NCBI GenBank assembly: GCA_042408215.1
Contig: JAYFMW010000011.1
Coordinates: forward strand, 26,032-90,031
DNA from: Microcoleus sp.
Lineage (GTDB): Bacteria > Cyanobacteriota > Cyanobacteriia > Cyanobacteriales > Microcoleaceae
Direction of reading: 5' to 3'
DNA: 64,000 bases
The position numbers were made by a program, and so were the translations under genes. Shown here in pieces: positions 33,204 to 42,525 of this stretch (the first letter of the stretch is position 1; every line of letters begins with the position of its first letter). The notes below the pieces were generated by a model. The model was not told where the DNA came from. It searched no databases and was given only the letters and a program-made list of their open reading frames with translations.

Positions 33204-34430
33204 ATGGTTGTTGAAAGACATTACATAGACAGACAGCATCAGTTTGATCGACGGTTTGATGACTTATCCTTCCTGTCAAAAAATCTCTACAAGCATGGTA
33301 AATATTGGATGAGGCAACACTTTTTTAATTCGGGGGAGAGGGTGGGAGCGGGTTTAAATCTAAAACAGTTATATGCGAGCGTAAAATCCACAAATGACTA
33401 TAAATCCTTACCAGCCAAAGTTAGCAATCAAGCGATCAAACAAGTGATTCACGATTGGTCAGCTTGGCAAAAAACCCTCGGGGCTTATTACCGGGAGAGC
33501 CATCTATTTTCAGCCCGCCCCAAAATCCCCAAATACAAACATAAAACCTGCGGACGGAACTTGTTAATTTACGATAACCAATCCCTTGGACAAAGAGGTA
33601 AAAAGAAAAATAACGGGCGACTTCATTTATCTCAAACCGACATCATAATTGCCACCAAAGCACAAGATGTCATAGAGGTAAGGAGAGTTCCAAAAACCGC
33701 AAACTACATATTTGAGGTTGTTTACGAAAAGCCTGTTACCCTTGTGGATTTAAACCCCAAACTCATAGCAGGTATAGATTTAGGTATCGATCGCCTCGTG
33801 GGTTTTGCCACGAATAAGCCGACATTTACTCCAACTCTCTATGATGGAAAACATCTCAAATCTATCAATCAAGGTTTCAATAAGCGCCGAGCCTTTTTAC
33901 AGTCGCAACTTGAAAAAGGGAAATATACCACGCGCCAAATTCAGCAAATCACCTTGAAGCGAAACAAGCGAGTAGAAAACTACCTTCATCAAACCAGCAG
34001 TTTAATTGTCAAGCGCTTGGTGGACGAGGAAATAGGGCAGTTAGTAATTGGCAAAAATGTGGAGTGGAAAGAAAATTTAGAGTTAGGGAAAAAAACGAAT
34101 CAGACCTTTTGTTCAATTCCTCATGCCAAGCTGATAGAAATGATGACCTACAAAGCTGAGTTAGTGGGTATCAAGGTAACAGTTACAGAAGCATCTTATA
34201 CAAGTAAGTGCAGCTTTTTGGATTTAGAGCCTGTCGGTAAGCAAGAGTCTTACCAGGGTAAGAGAGTGTTTCGCGGGTTGTTTCGGTCAGTGCGTGGAAC
34301 GCTGATTAATGCTGATGTGAATGCAGCATTAAATATGATTAGAAAAGTAAGCGGAAACTCACCGTTTCAGGGGTGCAGCAACCGTTTAGAGGTGTTGGCA
34401 GTTTCACCTGTGCGGGTTTCACCTGTATGA
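33204..34430 (+). CDS. tnpB: IS200/IS605 TnpB (rearranged RuvC-II type), no tnpA
   Basis: GIDLG, LVIGKN, SYTSKCSFLD, RVFRGLF, NADVNAALN. Confidence 0.9.
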   Translation: MVVERHYIDRQHQFDRRFDDLSFLSKNLYKHGKYWMRQHFFNSGERVGAGLNLKQLYASVKSTNDYKSLPAKVSNQAIKQVIHDWSAWQKTLGAYYRESHLFSARPKIPKYKHKTCGRNLLIYDNQSLGQRGKKKNNGRLHLSQTDIIIATKAQDVIEVRRVPKTANYIFEVVYEKPVTLVDLNPKLIAGIDLGIDRLVGFATNKPTFTPTLYDGKHLKSINQGFNKRRAFLQSQLEKGKYTTRQIQQITLKRNKRVENYLHQTSSLIVKRLVDEEIGQLVIGKNVEWKENLELGKKTNQTFCSIPHAKLIEMMTYKAELVGIKVTVTEASYTSKCSFLDLEPVGKQESYQGKRVFRGLFRSVRGTLINADVNAALNMIRKVSGNSPFQGCSNRLEVLAVSPVRVSPV

Positions 34431-34584
34431 AAAACCACGCAAAAAGTCCGGTAATGTCAAGCATTGCCCGGTTTTTTGTGAACTGTATCTTAAGAACCCT
34501 TAGCGTATTGATTGATTGCGTCTTCAGGTAGATACTACAAATTGCCACGATCTTTTTTTATTCTTATTGTGTGTGAGGAAGCCA

Positions 34585-35991
34585 GTGCCAGCTCAAAAAA
34601 TTCCTAATCAAGACCCTACCAAACAACCAGCTACTCATCCCTCAACCAGAAAATCGGCCCAGCCTCATCGAGGCCGTTGGTTGGGATTTGGTTTTGGCTT
34701 AGCAGGAGTAGCCATGCTCTCAGCCACCGCCGGAGCGCTGCTAGCCGTGTCGCTTTCGACAACCCCGCTTCAGCAGCAGAAGTTGAGCCCTGAAGAAGCG
34801 GCGGTGTTTTCTCAAGGCGATATGGCGAAGCTCAGCATGAAAATGCCAGAGCTCACCCGCCCAGTTAATATTTTAGTTTTAGGACTTAAGGTTCTGAGTT
34901 CAGACATCGACGGCCATCCCGACAAGGCTCAGGGATACGATGTGTGGCAAAACTCCTTTAAGGGGTTAACCGATACCATGCTGCTGGTTAGGTTCGACCC
35001 TCAAAATAAAAAGTTAAGCGTGCTTTCTATTCCGCGAGATACCCGCACTTATGTTGAAGGCAGGGGCCTGGTCAAAATCAACGAAGCCAATTACTACGGC
35101 GGCCCGGCTTCGTCAGCCAAGTCAGTCAGTGGACTCCTTGGTGGTGTGGGAATTGACCGCTATGTCACAGTTAATATTCAAGGCATAAAAAGCTTGGTCG
35201 ATGCCCTTGGCGGCATCACGATGAATGTCCCTAAAGACATGAAGTATACCGATGAAAGCCAGCATTTATATATAGATTTAAAGGCTGGCAAGCAGCATCT
35301 GGACGGCGAACAAATCGTGCAATATTTGCTTTACCGCCATGACGATTTGGGTGACATCGGGCGGGTGCAGCGGCAACAATTGTTGATGCGGGCTTTTGTG
35401 GAACAGGAAGTTAATGTAGGCTTGCTGTCCCGACTGCCGAAGATTTTGTCGGTGATTCAGTCTCACCTTGACACAAATTTAAGCATTGAGGAATTGGTAG
35501 CTTTGGCTGGTTTTGCTACTCAAACCGATCGTTCTAGCGTGCAGATGTTGATGGTTCCGGGCAAGTTCAGCGATCCCAAGGATTACAAGGCTAGTTACTG
35601 GTTGCCCGATCAAAGTGCGATCGAAACTCTGGTGGCAGAACATTTTGACTTCGGCCAAAATACTTGGCAAATTGAGAATGCTGATGCGACTTTTCTGAAG
35701 GTGTCTATTCAAGATAGTACGGGCGACCAAGCTGCTGTTGAAGATTTTGTCAAGACTTTGACTCGGGCTGGCTATCGGAATGTTCAGGTTTATAAGGATT
35801 GGCCAGAACCGTTGGAGGTAACTACTCTAGTGGCTCAAGATGGCGATGTTAAAGGTGCTCAAGCGATTCGCCAGTCTTTGGGTTTTGGGGAAGTGCTGGT
35901 TGAGAGTACGGGTTCTTTGCAATCCGATGTGACAATCAGATTGGGCAAGGATTGGTTGAGTAAAAAGTCTCAGTCAGACCGAGGATTTTAA
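34585..35991 (+). CDS. LCP (LytR-CpsA-Psr) family protein with a LytR C-terminal domain
   Basis: TM, GLTDTMLLVRFDP, LSIPRDT, KINEAN, GDIGRVQRQQ, SDVTIRLGKDW; start approximate. Confidence 0.9.
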   Translation: MPAQKIPNQDPTKQPATHPSTRKSAQPHRGRWLGFGFGLAGVAMLSATAGALLAVSLSTTPLQQQKLSPEEAAVFSQGDMAKLSMKMPELTRPVNILVLGLKVLSSDIDGHPDKAQGYDVWQNSFKGLTDTMLLVRFDPQNKKLSVLSIPRDTRTYVEGRGLVKINEANYYGGPASSAKSVSGLLGGVGIDRYVTVNIQGIKSLVDALGGITMNVPKDMKYTDESQHLYIDLKAGKQHLDGEQIVQYLLYRHDDLGDIGRVQRQQLLMRAFVEQEVNVGLLSRLPKILSVIQSHLDTNLSIEELVALAGFATQTDRSSVQMLMVPGKFSDPKDYKASYWLPDQSAIETLVAEHFDFGQNTWQIENADATFLKVSIQDSTGDQAAVEDFVKTLTRAGYRNVQVYKDWPEPLEVTTLVAQDGDVKGAQAIRQSLGFGEVLVESTGSLQSDVTIRLGKDWLSKKSQSDRGF

Positions 35992-36055
35992 ACATAGTAT
36001 TTGTAGGGACACAGCACTGCTGTGTCCTTTTTACTGCTGAAACCCTTGCCCGGAA

Positions 36056-36375
36056 TTACCTCTGCCTTCTGCCTTCTGCCTTCTGCCTTCTTCCTTCTGC
36101 TATAAAGTTCAATCTAGTCAGCCACCGCACCCACACCCAACCCAAAAAACTACCTGCAAAATAGGATGGAAAATCCGACCAAGTAAATGAGTTTCCCAAT
36201 ACCAGTCGTCCCGGTAAAGTAGCTCTAGCTGCTTGTAAAAACGGAGGTTGCCACAGTTGAAGAAACTCTAATCCGCAGGTAGCGACACACACCCCAAAAG
36301 CCGTCCAAACCAGCGAAGCTTGTGGCCACAAGAAAACTGTTAGCAAAATCCCAAATATTTCATAAGCTATGCTCT
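36056..36375 (-). pseudogene. DUF2809 membrane protein lacking its N-terminus
   Basis: SIAYEIF...LEFLQLWQPPFLQAARATLPGRLVLGNSF.W.DF..Y; the 5' part is replaced by an IS remnant. Confidence 0.7.
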
Positions 36376-36394
36376 TATTGCTGCAATTGAGTCT

Positions 36395-36710
36395 TTGACA
36401 CTCCTCGGCATACAGGCCCGAGGATTGTTAAGACATTTCAGTCTTAATATCCCTATTTCTAGGGTTCCTTTCGCTGACTACGTTTGCACAAAAATGTGTG
36501 TAGTCATATCTCCTCAAAAGTGTTTTGGGCGTATACTTTCCCCCAGTCCAGGGGTAGGTTTTTAAATCTTGTCTGATGCCTTTACGTTTGCCACACACTG
36601 GTGGGTGCGTCGATATGTCTACCCAAATAATTAACAACTTTACCCACTCTATCGGCATAGGAGAAGACCAAATGAAATTGGGCAGATTAGCTCTAGCAGG
36701 ATTAATGACA
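36395..36710 (-). mobile_element. IS200/IS605 right-end remnant without tnpB ORF
   Basis: AATCCTCGGGCCTGTATGCCGAGGAGTGTCAA (minus strand) closely matches the right end at 41336-41367; left limit uncertain. Confidence 0.65.
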
Positions 36711-36785
36711 ATTGGTGTCAACTTAAAACAGAAACCCTCTGTCTCTTTCATTTGTATCGAAGTCTCGATCCCCCTCCCACCCCAG

Positions 36786-36932
36786 GGCTGTTTCATTCTC
36801 GCTCCGGGGTAATCCCTCGTGAAGAGCCCCGATGCCTGAAACGCCCATTCGATGGTCTGTGGGGGGTAGGCACGGGGAGTAGGGGTAGCACTACCCCTAC
36901 AAAATCGCGATTTTCCTGAGAATGAAACAGCC
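36786..36932. mobile_element. MITE family C (TIR GGCTGTTTCATTCTC, CAG duplication) nested in a family A-like element (~36711-37040)
   Basis: Perfect 15-bp TIRs; CAG at 36783-36785 and 36933-36935. Confidence 0.85.
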
Positions 36933-37138
36933 CAGCCTCCCATCCCCCTTAATCAGGGGAGTAGGGGGTGACGAAAGAGAATGCTCTTGTCCCCCCCTTT
37001 TTTTAGGAAGGGGGGCTAGGGGGGGATCGAGACTTCGATCGGGTTTTATTGACAACTGACTTAAATGCTTGGTTTTTTGTTAAAAATTGTAAACTGTTAA
37101 GAGTGCTTTACGCATCTGATATTTTTCTGAGGATTTCT

Positions 37139-38083
37139 ATGAAGCAACTTTTGATTGCTGAGCGCTTTTGCCTGATTGCTCACGTCTTGTCGATGGCTTT
37201 TGGATTGGCTGGGTTGCTGATAGTTTTACCCCGTCCCGAATTGGTGATGAGCTTGCCTCCGGCTGGGCAAACTCTGTTCCAGTGGGGGATGGCTGGCGGT
37301 GGAGTAGTTTATATCATTTTTGGTGCTGCTGCGGTTGCTCTCTATGCCTTTCGGACATTGGGCTTAGGTGCAACTCTGACATTTTTGCTGCCTTCTGTGT
37401 TTTTATCTTTGAGTAGCGAGTTGTTGGGAACGAGTACGGGTTTTCCCTTTGGCCACTATCACTATTTGAGCGGTTTGGGCTACAAAATTGCAGGGCTGGT
37501 GCCGTTTACAATCCCGCTGTCGTGGTTTTATCTGGGACTGGTTTCTTATGTGATTGCTCGCGCTGGATTGAGTGCAGGTAAGGGATCGCTCAACTGGGTG
37601 CGCCAACTAGGGGCGATCGCCCTTGGTGCTTTGTTACTGACAGCGTGGGATTTTGTACTAGATCCGGCGATGAGTCAGACTTCTGTGCCTTTTTGGGAGT
37701 TTGAGGAACTTGGAGCTTTCTTCGGGATGCCTTACCGCAATTTGGCGGGGTGGATGGGTACGGGGGCGCTGTTTATGTCCTCCGCAGCTTTTTTCTGGAG
37801 AAAAACTCCGATTCATTTGGAGCGATCGTCCATGAGTTTGCCCTTAATTGTTTATTTGGTAAACTTTGCTTTCGGAGCAATTATCACTGTAACTTCTTTG
37901 GATTCTCGGTTCTGGTTCCCGACACTGTTAGCTGTGCTTCTGGGTGTTGTTCCGGCGATCGTCTTAAGTGCGATCGCGAAACCGGCAGTCAGCAATGTCA
38001 CAGAAACAATTCCACCGTCTCTGGATAAATCTGCTCTCAAGACGGAAATTCCACCTCAGCCCGTTGGTGCTTCACCTAAGTAA
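37139..38083 (+). CDS. cruF: Carotenoid 1',2'-hydratase (gamma-carotene 1'-hydroxylase)
   Basis: SELLGTSTGFPFGHY, VPFTIPLSWF, AWDFVLDPAM, GMPYRN; adjacent to cruG. Confidence 0.9.
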   Translation: MKQLLIAERFCLIAHVLSMAFGLAGLLIVLPRPELVMSLPPAGQTLFQWGMAGGGVVYIIFGAAAVALYAFRTLGLGATLTFLLPSVFLSLSSELLGTSTGFPFGHYHYLSGLGYKIAGLVPFTIPLSWFYLGLVSYVIARAGLSAGKGSLNWVRQLGAIALGALLLTAWDFVLDPAMSQTSVPFWEFEELGAFFGMPYRNLAGWMGTGALFMSSAAFFWRKTPIHLERSSMSLPLIVYLVNFAFGAIITVTSLDSRFWFPTLLAVLLGVVPAIVLSAIAKPAVSNVTETIPPSLDKSALKTEIPPQPVGASPK

Positions 38084-38303
38084 GCCGATGGTGAGCAATC
38101 ATGGGGTTGTTACCGAAAATTTACAGGAATTTTTGATCTAGTTAAAAAACCCGGTTTCTACCAGAAACCGGGTTTTTCAATCAATCAGTTGCGTAAATCC
38201 TATATATTTGTGATGCAGGACTGACGCATCAATACCAAAGAAACTGGTTCCTATGCGTCATCCCTCCGCTTCGCTTCGCCCTATGCCCTATGCCCGATGC
38301 CCT

Positions 38304-39476
38304 ATGCCCTATCTCCTAACAGACATCTTCCTGCTGCTACAATTACCCGCCGCGGCAATTCTGATGTCGCGCTTGATTAAAGGCCCCTCGCGCATCCCGC
38401 CGCTGGAACCGGCATCGCCGACGCTGGATTTGTTGGGTGCGTGTACAGTCGTTGTCCCGACGTTGAATGAAGCCGATCGCATTTCGCCTTGTTTAGATGG
38501 ATTAACCCGCCAAAGTTACGAACTCCGCGAAGTTATTGTCGTTGATAGTTATTCCGTTGACGGAACCGCAGATTTAGTCAAAACCGCAGCAGAAAAAGAC
38601 CCCCGGTTTCGCGTAATTAACGATGATCCGCTGCCGGCCGGTTGGGTGGGGCGTCCCTGGGCTTTACACACAGGTTTTTTGGCAAGTTCCCAGAAGTGCG
38701 AGTGGATTTTGGGGATAGATGCCGATACTGTGCCCCATCCGGGTTTGATTGCAAGTTTGCTCAAAACCGCGACGGCTGGAAATTATGATTTAATCTCACT
38801 ATCGCCGCAGTTTATTCTCAAGTATCCAGGGGAATTTTGGCTGCAACCAGCGCTGTTGATGACATTGGTTTATCGGTTCGGACCGACCGGGACTGGTGGA
38901 GATGTGCCGGAATTGGTGATGGCGAACGGTCAATGTTTTTTGTGTCGGCGCGAGGTTTTGGTGGAATTGGACGGCTACGAGTCCGCTAGGGGTTCCTTTT
39001 GCGATGATGTGACTCTGGCTCGGTATGCTGCTGCTAAGGGTTTTAAGGTGGGCTTTTTGGACGGGGCGAAGGTGTTGCAGGTGCGGATGTATGAGGGGGC
39101 GATCGAGACTTGGAATGAGTGGGGGCGATCGCTCGATTTGAAAGATGCCGCTTCTCGCGCTCAAATCTGGGGCGACTTGTGGCTGTTGTTTGCAGTTCAA
39201 GGTTTGCCGGTGCTGATTTTATTGGGTTATTTGCTGTTTGGTTGGCGATCGCCTGTGGCGGTGTTTCCCTACGGTTTGCTGTTGGGGTTGAATGTATTTT
39301 TGGTTGCAGTGCGATCGGCTTTGTGTTTGGCGATCGCACCTTCTTACGATCGAACAAACGCATCGGGTAAATGGCTATTTTGGCTTTCTCCCTTAGCCGA
39401 TCCTTTAGCATTTTTGCGGATTCTCATTTCGGCTATTAATCAGCCTACTCAGTGGCGCGGCCGCAAGTATGAATAA
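38304..39476 (+). CDS. cruG: Carotenoid (myxol) 2'-O-glycosyltransferase, GT2
   Basis: VVVPTLNEA, GWVGRPWAL, IDAD, MANGQC, FCDDV, GRSLDLKDA, WRGRKY. Confidence 0.9.
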   Translation: MPYLLTDIFLLLQLPAAAILMSRLIKGPSRIPPLEPASPTLDLLGACTVVVPTLNEADRISPCLDGLTRQSYELREVIVVDSYSVDGTADLVKTAAEKDPRFRVINDDPLPAGWVGRPWALHTGFLASSQKCEWILGIDADTVPHPGLIASLLKTATAGNYDLISLSPQFILKYPGEFWLQPALLMTLVYRFGPTGTGGDVPELVMANGQCFLCRREVLVELDGYESARGSFCDDVTLARYAAAKGFKVGFLDGAKVLQVRMYEGAIETWNEWGRSLDLKDAASRAQIWGDLWLLFAVQGLPVLILLGYLLFGWRSPVAVFPYGLLLGLNVFLVAVRSALCLAIAPSYDRTNASGKWLFWLSPLADPLAFLRILISAINQPTQWRGRKYE

Positions 39477-39687
39477 TCATTATACGCAGATACCCGACTT
39501 CTTTGAGAAGTCGGGTATAAGAGAGCGCGGGCGAGATCGTTTTAGGTTTATTTTGTGGGATGGGCATCCTGCCCGTCCGGGTTCGGGGTATAATTTTACT
39601 CAAAAATCGCCCCATTCAAGCAAATTTTTCTTAAGTCTAATCTCCCTAAATTTGGCTCTCTGATGATCGGCTAAGATCAGAAAAAAA

Positions 39688-39775
39688 TGTGGTACGACCG
39701 CAGCTTAACCGATAAAGAGTGGGAACTCATCCAGCCATTATTACCCCTAAATAAGAAAACCAGACCCAAACAAAT
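39688..39775 (+). pseudogene. IS5-family transposase N-terminal fragment
   Basis: MWYDRSLTDKEWELIQPLLPLNKKTRP resembles the IS5 (DUF4096) N-terminus; no DDE domain follows. Confidence 0.65.
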
Positions 39776-40010
39776 TGAGCGAACGCTAACCAAGGCACCG
39801 AACAAATAAATAAAGGAAATGTCTAATGAACACTGTCAGAATTCAGTTTTGCTTTGAGACTCTGGACGTAGTTCTGAGCTGTTTTGAGGGATATATGCAT
39901 CCGATCGGCAATTGCCTGATCTGTAAGGGCTTGGTTACATAACAAGTCCAGTACCGTTCTATCCCGATCGGTCAATGGCATTTCGTTCATTAAATTACGA
40001 GGAATCTTAC

Positions 40011-41367
40011 CAAAAACATGGGTCTAAAGCCCCGTCCTTCTAGGACGGCTTTAATTTCTACAAAGTGTAAACAATTCTTAAATATATGCACTTTGTGAAT
40101 ACAATCCTCTGCAAAAACGATAGAATAATAGCATGATTGTACTAGAGTTGAAATTAAAAGGCAAATCGCAGCAATATCGGGTCATAGACGAAATGATCCG
40201 CACAGCTCAATTTGTCCGAAATAAAACTCTTAGACACTGGATCGACAATCAAGGAGTTAAGCTAGTCGATCTATACAAACAATGCGCCATCATGGCGAAA
40301 GAGTTTGAATGGGCAGGCAAACTTAACTCAACGGCACGTCAAGCTTCGGCGGAACGTGCTATTTTTGCTATAGGGCGTTTTTTTGCTAATTGCCAAGCCA
40401 AAAAACCAGGGAAAAAAGGATACCCACAGTTTAAGAAACACACCCGTTCAGTAGAGTACAAACAATCCGGTTGGGCGCTTTCTAACGACAAAAGATGTTT
40501 GACGTTTAAAGACGGCTTCGTTGCTGGAAAGTTCAAGTTAATCGGTAGTCGAGATTTGCACTTTTATGCGCCTGGTCAAATCAAACGAATCAGGATAGTT
40601 CGTCGTGCCGACGGCTATTACGCTCAGTTTTGTATCAACGTAGAACGGACAGAGGCATCTATTACTACTGGCAAAGCTATTGGAATAGATGTAGGTTTAA
40701 ACCATTTCTACACCGATAGTACCGGGGCAACGGTTCCAAATCCTCGACATCTCCGTAAAAGTGAAAAAGCTTTAAAACGAACACAGAAACGAGTGTCTCG
40801 GAAAAATAAAGGTTCTAGTAATCGTAAGAAGGCAATTAACAAGTTAGGAAAGAAACACCTAAAAGTCAGTCGGCAGCGTAAAGACTTCGCCATCAAGACG
40901 GCGTTGTGCGTAGCGAAATCTAACGATTTCGTAGCCTACGAATATCTTCAGGTGCGGAACATGGTAAAAAACCATAAGCTTGCTAAATCAATTAGCGATG
41001 CAGCTTGGTCACAGTTTGCTGAATGGTTGCAATACTTTGGTAAAGTGTACGGTACAACAGTAATTGCTGTTGCTCCTCAGTACACTTCTCAAGATTGTTC
41101 AAGTTGTGGGAATCGTGTTAAGAAAACGCTATCAACTAGAACCCATATTTGCGGATGTGGGGCGGTATTAGACCGTGACCACAATGCAGCTCTGAATATT
41201 CTGGCAAAAGGATTGAAAGCCCGTGCTGGAATTAATTTAAATACGGTGGGGCACACCGGAATTAACGCTTGGGGACAGAACGATCTCTACTCGTTGGTGG
41301 TAGCATCAACGGGCAAGCCGACTGACTGAACCAAGAATCCTCGTGCCTGATAGCCGAGGAGTGTCAA
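40011..41367 (+). mobile_element. IS200/IS605 (IS1341-type, TnpB-only) element
   Basis: TTAC just outside the left end; LE hairpin AAAGCCCCGTCCTTCTAGGACGGCTTT; RE hairpin CCTCG...CGAGG ending TCAA; no TSD. Confidence 0.9.
40133..41329 (+). CDS. tnpB: RNA-guided endonuclease TnpB
   Basis: GIDVG (RuvC-I), AYE (RuvC-II), YTSQDCSSCG..CGC zinc finger, DRDHNAA (RuvC-III). Confidence 0.95.
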   Translation: MIVLELKLKGKSQQYRVIDEMIRTAQFVRNKTLRHWIDNQGVKLVDLYKQCAIMAKEFEWAGKLNSTARQASAERAIFAIGRFFANCQAKKPGKKGYPQFKKHTRSVEYKQSGWALSNDKRCLTFKDGFVAGKFKLIGSRDLHFYAPGQIKRIRIVRRADGYYAQFCINVERTEASITTGKAIGIDVGLNHFYTDSTGATVPNPRHLRKSEKALKRTQKRVSRKNKGSSNRKKAINKLGKKHLKVSRQRKDFAIKTALCVAKSNDFVAYEYLQVRNMVKNHKLAKSISDAAWSQFAEWLQYFGKVYGTTVIAVAPQYTSQDCSSCGNRVKKTLSTRTHICGCGAVLDRDHNAALNILAKGLKARAGINLNTVGHTGINAWGQNDLYSLVVASTGKPTD

Positions 41368-41844
41368 ACTGTCCAGCTAAAGCACTACGACCTCCTTCTA
41401 GAAAAGCATTCCGTCTTTCCATTTTATTAACGACAGCAAATCCCCCTTGATGTTCAAATATTTGCTTCAGGACTTGCCTTAAATAGCTTGGTTCGCTGGT
41501 ATAGACGAGAACATTTAACAGAGGGTGATGCTCAAAAATGTGGTTTAGTAGCGCTAAACCTGGCTTGGCTGACTCCTCGCCTGTCAAAGTCCCAAATTGT
41601 AAGTCAACTACTACTAAATCTATGTTCTCTTGCTTGAGTTGCTCAATCCCCTCTTCAGGGGTTTCCTGAATAATGCAGGAACACTGAGGGTCGATCATCC
41701 TCAAAAAATCACAATTATTTTGACCGACTTCAGGGTGATCCTCAATTACAAGAAAGCGTTGTGTTTGAGCACTCATAGTTTGGTCGCCATAACTATTGTT
41801 TTGTTTGATTGCTCGATCGGCATAGCCCGATCGAGATCAACGTG

Positions 41845-41886
41845 AGGGAGGGGAAAGGCGAGTGCTACTCGCCTTTTTTTTCCCTC
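41845..41886. terminator. Hairpin terminator
   Basis: GAGGGAGGGGAAAGGCGAGT...ACTCGCCTTTTTTTTCCCTC. Confidence 0.6.
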
Positions 41887-41898
41887 ATTTCTGTAAGT

Positions 41899-42168
41899 CT
41901 ACAGAGTTACAATTCTAGCTTTATAACCTGAATGCTCTAGTTTTTGAACCTCTTTTTGGGCCGATGCACGATCGCGAAAAGTTCCAGCATTTACCCATTT
42001 TTGTAGATTACGGCGATGATACTGGACGCGGTATTCATGGCGCTGCGGGGATTGAGGCGCAACTTTTGTTGGTTCGTTCGTAGGCTGAGCGGCATTGGCT
42101 GGGAGGGAAACAGCAATCCCTAGCCCAAGGGTCCCTAGAGAGATGAGTGTAACCATTACCTTTTTCAT
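41899..42168 (-). CDS. Small secreted hypothetical protein
   Basis: Signal peptide ending PANA; short basic mature domain. Confidence 0.6.
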   Translation of the reverse strand: MKKVMVTLISLGTLGLGIAVSLPANAAQPTNEPTKVAPQSPQRHEYRVQYHRRNLQKWVNAGTFRDRASAQKEVQKLEHSGYKARIVTL

Positions 42169-42525
42169 AATTCAGACCTTTTTGTAAAGTTGATAGTTTT
42201 ATGCTGTCATTCAAGTCTTCTGGTTGATAGGGGAATAAGCGCAAATAATATTGCGTGTTTACGCAAGTTTGTTCATAAAAGGACTTAGAAGAAGAGAGAT
42301 TTTTTGAGTCTATTTTATTAGAATGATGAGCCAAAGACTAGGTAAGGAGAATGCAGAAGGAAGAAGGAAGAAGGCTCTTCGACTACGCTGGCTGAACCGG
42401 GAAGAAGGAAGAAGGCAGAAGGAAGAAGGAAGAAGATTGAAGGCTTACTTTGGGCAGAAAGCAGAAAGCATAATTTTATAAAAATACTGCCAACTGCTAA
42501 CTGACTAATGACTAATAACTAATAA

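Larger units (their letters stand above)
39823..41776 (-). pseudogene. NarL/LuxR-type response regulator interrupted by an IS605-like element
   Basis: REC domain (VIEDH, VVVDL) at 41368-41776 and HTH part (KIPRNL...TDQAIADRMHISLKTAQNYVQSLKAKL) at 39823-40010 join in frame. Confidence 0.88.

Noticed and set aside
36428..36943. 171-aa minus-strand ORF
   Set aside because: It spans nested MITEs and an IS remnant; no coherent protein motif.
40011..41367. IStron (self-splicing TnpB element)
   Set aside because: Only ~120 bp precede tnpB, no group I intron core is visible, and the element is antisense to the host gene.
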